From: Eledone cirrhosa
Lineage: Eukaryota
Length of the DNA: 64,000 nt
Direction: 5' to 3'
Assembly: GCA_964016885.1 (NCBI GenBank)
Contig: OZ024748.1
Location: 56,358,001-56,422,000, forward strand
Made by a program: the position numbers and the translations under genes. Below the pieces are notes generated by a model. The model ran no database searches. It had not been told where the DNA came from and worked only from the letters and a program-made list of their open reading frames with translations. Of the stretch, positions 59,829 through 64,000 are shown piece after piece (the first letter of the stretch is position 1; every line of letters begins with the position of its first letter).

Positions 59829-60572
59829 TTAGTTGGTGTTATGGTTGTTTACGTTACCTTGTGAGATGGTTTTTTTTGCGCTTGCTTTTTAGCTTTAATT
59901 CAGATATTTTTTTATATTAATTTTCCTTCTACTTCTATATTTTATATACGTGTGTTTGTATTCTTGTTTCTGCTGTTTGTTTGCGTGTTTTTCCCATTGT
60001 TTGTGTTAGCTTAATTTCCATTGTATGTTTACAATCTAGTTTTGGCTAAAATTTTCTTTCTATCTTTCTTGGATTATTTTGTTATGTATGTACGTATTAT
60101 TTTATTAATGTATTTGATTATATTTGAATTTATTTACTTTTCTTTCCTTTTATAAGATTGTTTAGAGTTGTATGACTACGTCTTCTAACAGCTTGTAATT
60201 GGCGAAAACAGAGTTCCATTGCGGAAATGAATTCTCTAAGCTTATGTCTACCCCGAGGCAGAAATTTCACCAAGAATAAGAATAAGAATTTAGTGTGTTC
60301 GATGTTGATTTCTGCCATAATTGCACTGTTTAAAGACGGAATCATCATTCGTTAGTGATTAAACGACACTGAATAACACGAAATGAGCGAGATGTGTCGT
60401 GAAAATCTGACATTTTTCTTCGTGTTTGGAAAGCAGCTATTTTTTCTAATGTTTGGTGTATTTACACTCATTATCCTACACAAAACTTCGTCTTAATATT
60501 TACATAACCATCAAGAAGACATTTTCCGACTAATTCATTTATATGCGAAAGCTTGGTAGCCATATATGTGTA

Positions 60573-60620
<48 letters not shown>

Positions 60621-60749
60621 CATACTTACACACACACACACACACTTATATATATATATATATATATACTTACATACCCATATATATATATATATATATA
60701 TATACATACATACCCATATATATATATATATATATATACTTACATACCC

Positions 60750-60788
<39 letters not shown>

Positions 60789-61321
60789 CTTTTATATCTG
60801 TGTATCATTACGTTGTCTAATGTTATGTAAATATGTGCCTCTTATCTATCTCGCTACGTATTTATCTACGTTCCAATCAGCATACATAAATTTGAGATAC
60901 ATATACATTTATAAAGCAAACACACGAACCCGAAACTACTTACGTAACTGCTTGCTCTAAAATACATCGGAATATCTACGTTTGTAAATATATACTCCGA
61001 AAGATGCGTAGTTAACACAATATATTTACAAGAATGTGCAATGAAAATGCCAGACGCATATAAATAAGCTTTTTCTCTAGAATATGTCTGCAAAAATAGA
61101 ATATAGTGTAAAATTAGAATGCCATTGTATTATAATTAATAAAAATACTCAGTATTAAACAAATCAATTTTTACATAGACATAGGAAGGTGTCTATGTTA
61201 ACCGAGGTCCTCCTCGAAATAATAGATGACTACCCCCCTCAAATCACAATTGTATCTTCTTTAAATGTATGTAAATGGAATAGAATGGCTATAAAAGCAC
61301 CTTACATAAATGACAAACCAT

Positions 61322-61393
<72 letters not shown>

Positions 61394-61669
61394 GGTTTGT
61401 GTATATATATATTTTTTTCTTTGACCTCGCGTCATGTATATGTGAGTGTGTGTGTACCCACACACATTATCTGTGACCGACTGTAATTCTACAGATTTGA
61501 TTGATGTCCAGCGTCTTTTACAGCTGTTGGGAGACTTGATATGTTTATGACCCTAACTGAGGACGTTAGCAGGCGACATGTTCTGACTGCTTGATCTTCA
61601 TATGAAGGAATAAACTCTGTGAATGAACACCGTTAATTTTCTCCCTCATATCAAGGATTGGAAGACAAT

Positions 61670-61758
61670 TCATTTTCACCTGACGAGATCCGTGATAATC
61701 GATCATGGCTACACAATCGATCTACCTCTTATTGAAACACGTGTCGTGATTAAAATGA
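61670..61758 (+). ncRNA. Type I hammerhead motif with canonical GUC site
   Basis: TCATTTTCAC CTGACGA GAT...ATT GAAAC ACGT GTC/ GTGA(TT)AAAATGA. Helix III palindrome ACACGTGT; helix II enlarged and branched. Confidence 0.7.
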
Positions 61759-62261
61759 TGGGAAATTTATACCATGCCTTCGGATCTTTATTTTGATACA
61801 AATACTCCGTTTTAGCTGTTCCCATAAATGGAATTGGAGATATACAAATGCGTAGAGAACTTAATAATGCTAACAAAAATTGTATTGGACCGTTTGACAC
61901 AAACAACAATACACCTTACTATATATATATATATACATATATATACATATATATATACATATATATATATGTATATATAATTGTAGGTATTTGACTGTAT
62001 GTCTGTGTGTATGTGTGTTTGTATGTGTGTGTATATGTATGTGTGTATTGAAATTGCTCTAGAAACTCTCGCCGTAGCATTCACTAAAGAAATAGTGTTC
62101 TTCGAGGGAAAGGTTCTCTGAAAACCTTCTGATGTCCTGGTGTAAAGAGAGATACACACAACTAAACCATATTATTTACTTCAAGTCACGGCGAGATCTA
62201 ATTCAATTTTCAAATTGTGCTCACCGCTAACTAAAAATACTTGTTTTTCTACACCCCGCTC

Positions 62262-62296
<35 letters not shown>

Positions 62297-62715
62297 TTCA
62301 ATAGGTAAACTGAAAAGCCAACAGATATAGCAATATAAATACTACACAGTGCAATGAAAATTGCATATCTGAAATATCAAACTAACAGTTCGGATGAAAA
62401 CAAATGAAGCATTTCGGACAAGGGATATTACTTTTTTAGGATTAGACATGCATTACAGCTTATTTTTGAGCTTAGTAAAATATACAAACTTATGTCCGAT
62501 ATGACCATCAAGAATTTCCCTGTGAGTTATCAACGTATTTATTATTTACACATAAGGCAGTAGAAAATATATTCATTTGCGTTTGCTTATAATAAAAGTC
62601 TCCTGCACACATGTGCACTCTGAGTGTGTGTGTGTATGTGAGTGTCTCTGTCTCTGTGAGTGTCCGTCTAAATGTGTGAGTAACTGGGTGAATACGCGTG
62701 TGCGCAAGCGCGTTC

Positions 62716-62757
<42 letters not shown>

Positions 62758-62849
62758 CGGTGGAACACTGGAAGGTAATATCCGTAGTGGTAGAGCACTC
62801 AGTCCAAGGGACGAGTTAGGTAGAAGTAGTTACACAACAGTTAGTTCAC

Positions 62850-62897
62850 CATACCGAGAACAAATGTTTCACCTTCGCGGATCTTCAGCTCGGGATG
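62850..62897 (-). ncRNA. Minimal type I hammerhead motif
   Basis: Minus strand reads CCGAG CTGAAGA TCC-GCGAA-GGT GAAAC ATTT GTT/ CTCGG. Helix II is weak. About 95 nt of tail leads to (TA)n at 62756. Confidence 0.65.
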
Positions 62898-63328
62898 TGT
62901 ATGGTTATAGGAAGAGGAAGGACATGCGTGTGTGTGTGTGTGTGTAATTGTATGTGTACGTCTGTTGTCAAAAATGAGTCTACGAGGATAGGCTGAAAAG
63001 CTCTTTGATTGACTTTAAAGGAATGTTAGCCCTGTTAATTGTTGCTTACATTAATTTCAAGTTGAACATTAAACCTCATTTAGAGATTCCATGAGAGTAT
63101 TTTTTAAGCGTAGGAACGTTTCAGCTAACCCTCGTACACAACAATATAGGACACATTAGTGGTATTTATCCATTGCTAATTACGCCAGCATTAATATATA
63201 GAGAATTTACATATATATTAATGTTTATATTTTATACTAATTCCCCTTGAAAGCTCCCTAAAAACATGGATTGCACTACTTTTCTAAATTCTTCACAAAA
63301 TGCCTATGAGAATCTTATTTTGATATAG

Positions 63329-63369
<41 letters not shown>

Positions 63370-63715
63370 TATATATATATATGTATGTATGTATTACTGT
63401 ATGTATAAGTATACATATATGCATATAATATTTGCTTACAAAATACACATATTAAGGAATATAGATATAATTTAGCCGTTATCATTTCACACGCTGATGA
63501 TAGGGATTGGCCCAGTTCAATATTAGTAATCAGAGCTACTTATCAATAGGTGATTAACCTCATTCAGTTAAGAAGCAATCCTTTAGTTCGGTCACCGTTG
63601 AATTTCCTTAGATCTCTTCTGCGTCACTCTACATGCAGCTATGTATGCGTTGGAAGTGTACACAAAATATAGGCAGTTATATGTGCACATATGCACTCTA
63701 ATACACGAACGCATG

Positions 63716-63779
<64 letters not shown>

Positions 63780-63846
63780 TATATCTATCTATATATAATA
63801 TATATATATATATATACAATGGAAACTATATTTATAAAACCATATT

Positions 63847-63911
63847 TATTTTATTATATATATTTCAAGGGTAACCAAGACAACATTGGTACGCTTTCAT
63901 CAGATAAAATA
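63847..63911 (-). ncRNA. Minimal type I hammerhead motif
   Basis: Minus strand reads TATTTTAT CTGATGA AAGCGTACCAA-TGTTGTC-TTGGTTACCCTT GAAA TATATA TA/ ATAAAATA. Confidence 0.75.
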
Positions 63912-64000
63912 CAAAGTTTGTTTTATAAATAGAGACATTACCCATGAAAATCATACCTTATCGATGTCTCTATTTATAAAACAAACCTTGTATTTTATCT

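Noticed and set aside
63490-63530. CTGATGA followed by GGG/CCC hairpin
   Set aside because: No GAAA core.

Overview
AT-rich, microsatellite-saturated animal DNA, intergenic or intronic. It most resembles an octopod cephalopod genome; this is an inference from the SINE families and the (TA)n/(CA)n density. No intact host protein-coding gene is supportable, and almost all listed ORFs are translations of simple repeats. Recognisable content: 14 copies of one tRNA-derived SINE (three as head-to-tail pairs), a second tRNA-SINE, a decayed hAT-type transposase, a 5'-truncated R4/Dong-like LINE in a (TAA)n tract, and faint RT/GIY-YIG remnants. The most striking signal is a dense set of short non-coding elements sitting in or beside (TA)n tracts. 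They carry minimal type I hammerhead ribozyme motifs (about 12, from several unrelated sequence families) and/or long fold-back palindromes up to about 520 bp, with the ribozyme-sense strands pointing outward. This looks like a multi-family, non-autonomous, Penelope-like/retrozyme-type system that targets TA microsatellites. All alignments and folds were done by eye, so coordinates may be off by a few nt.
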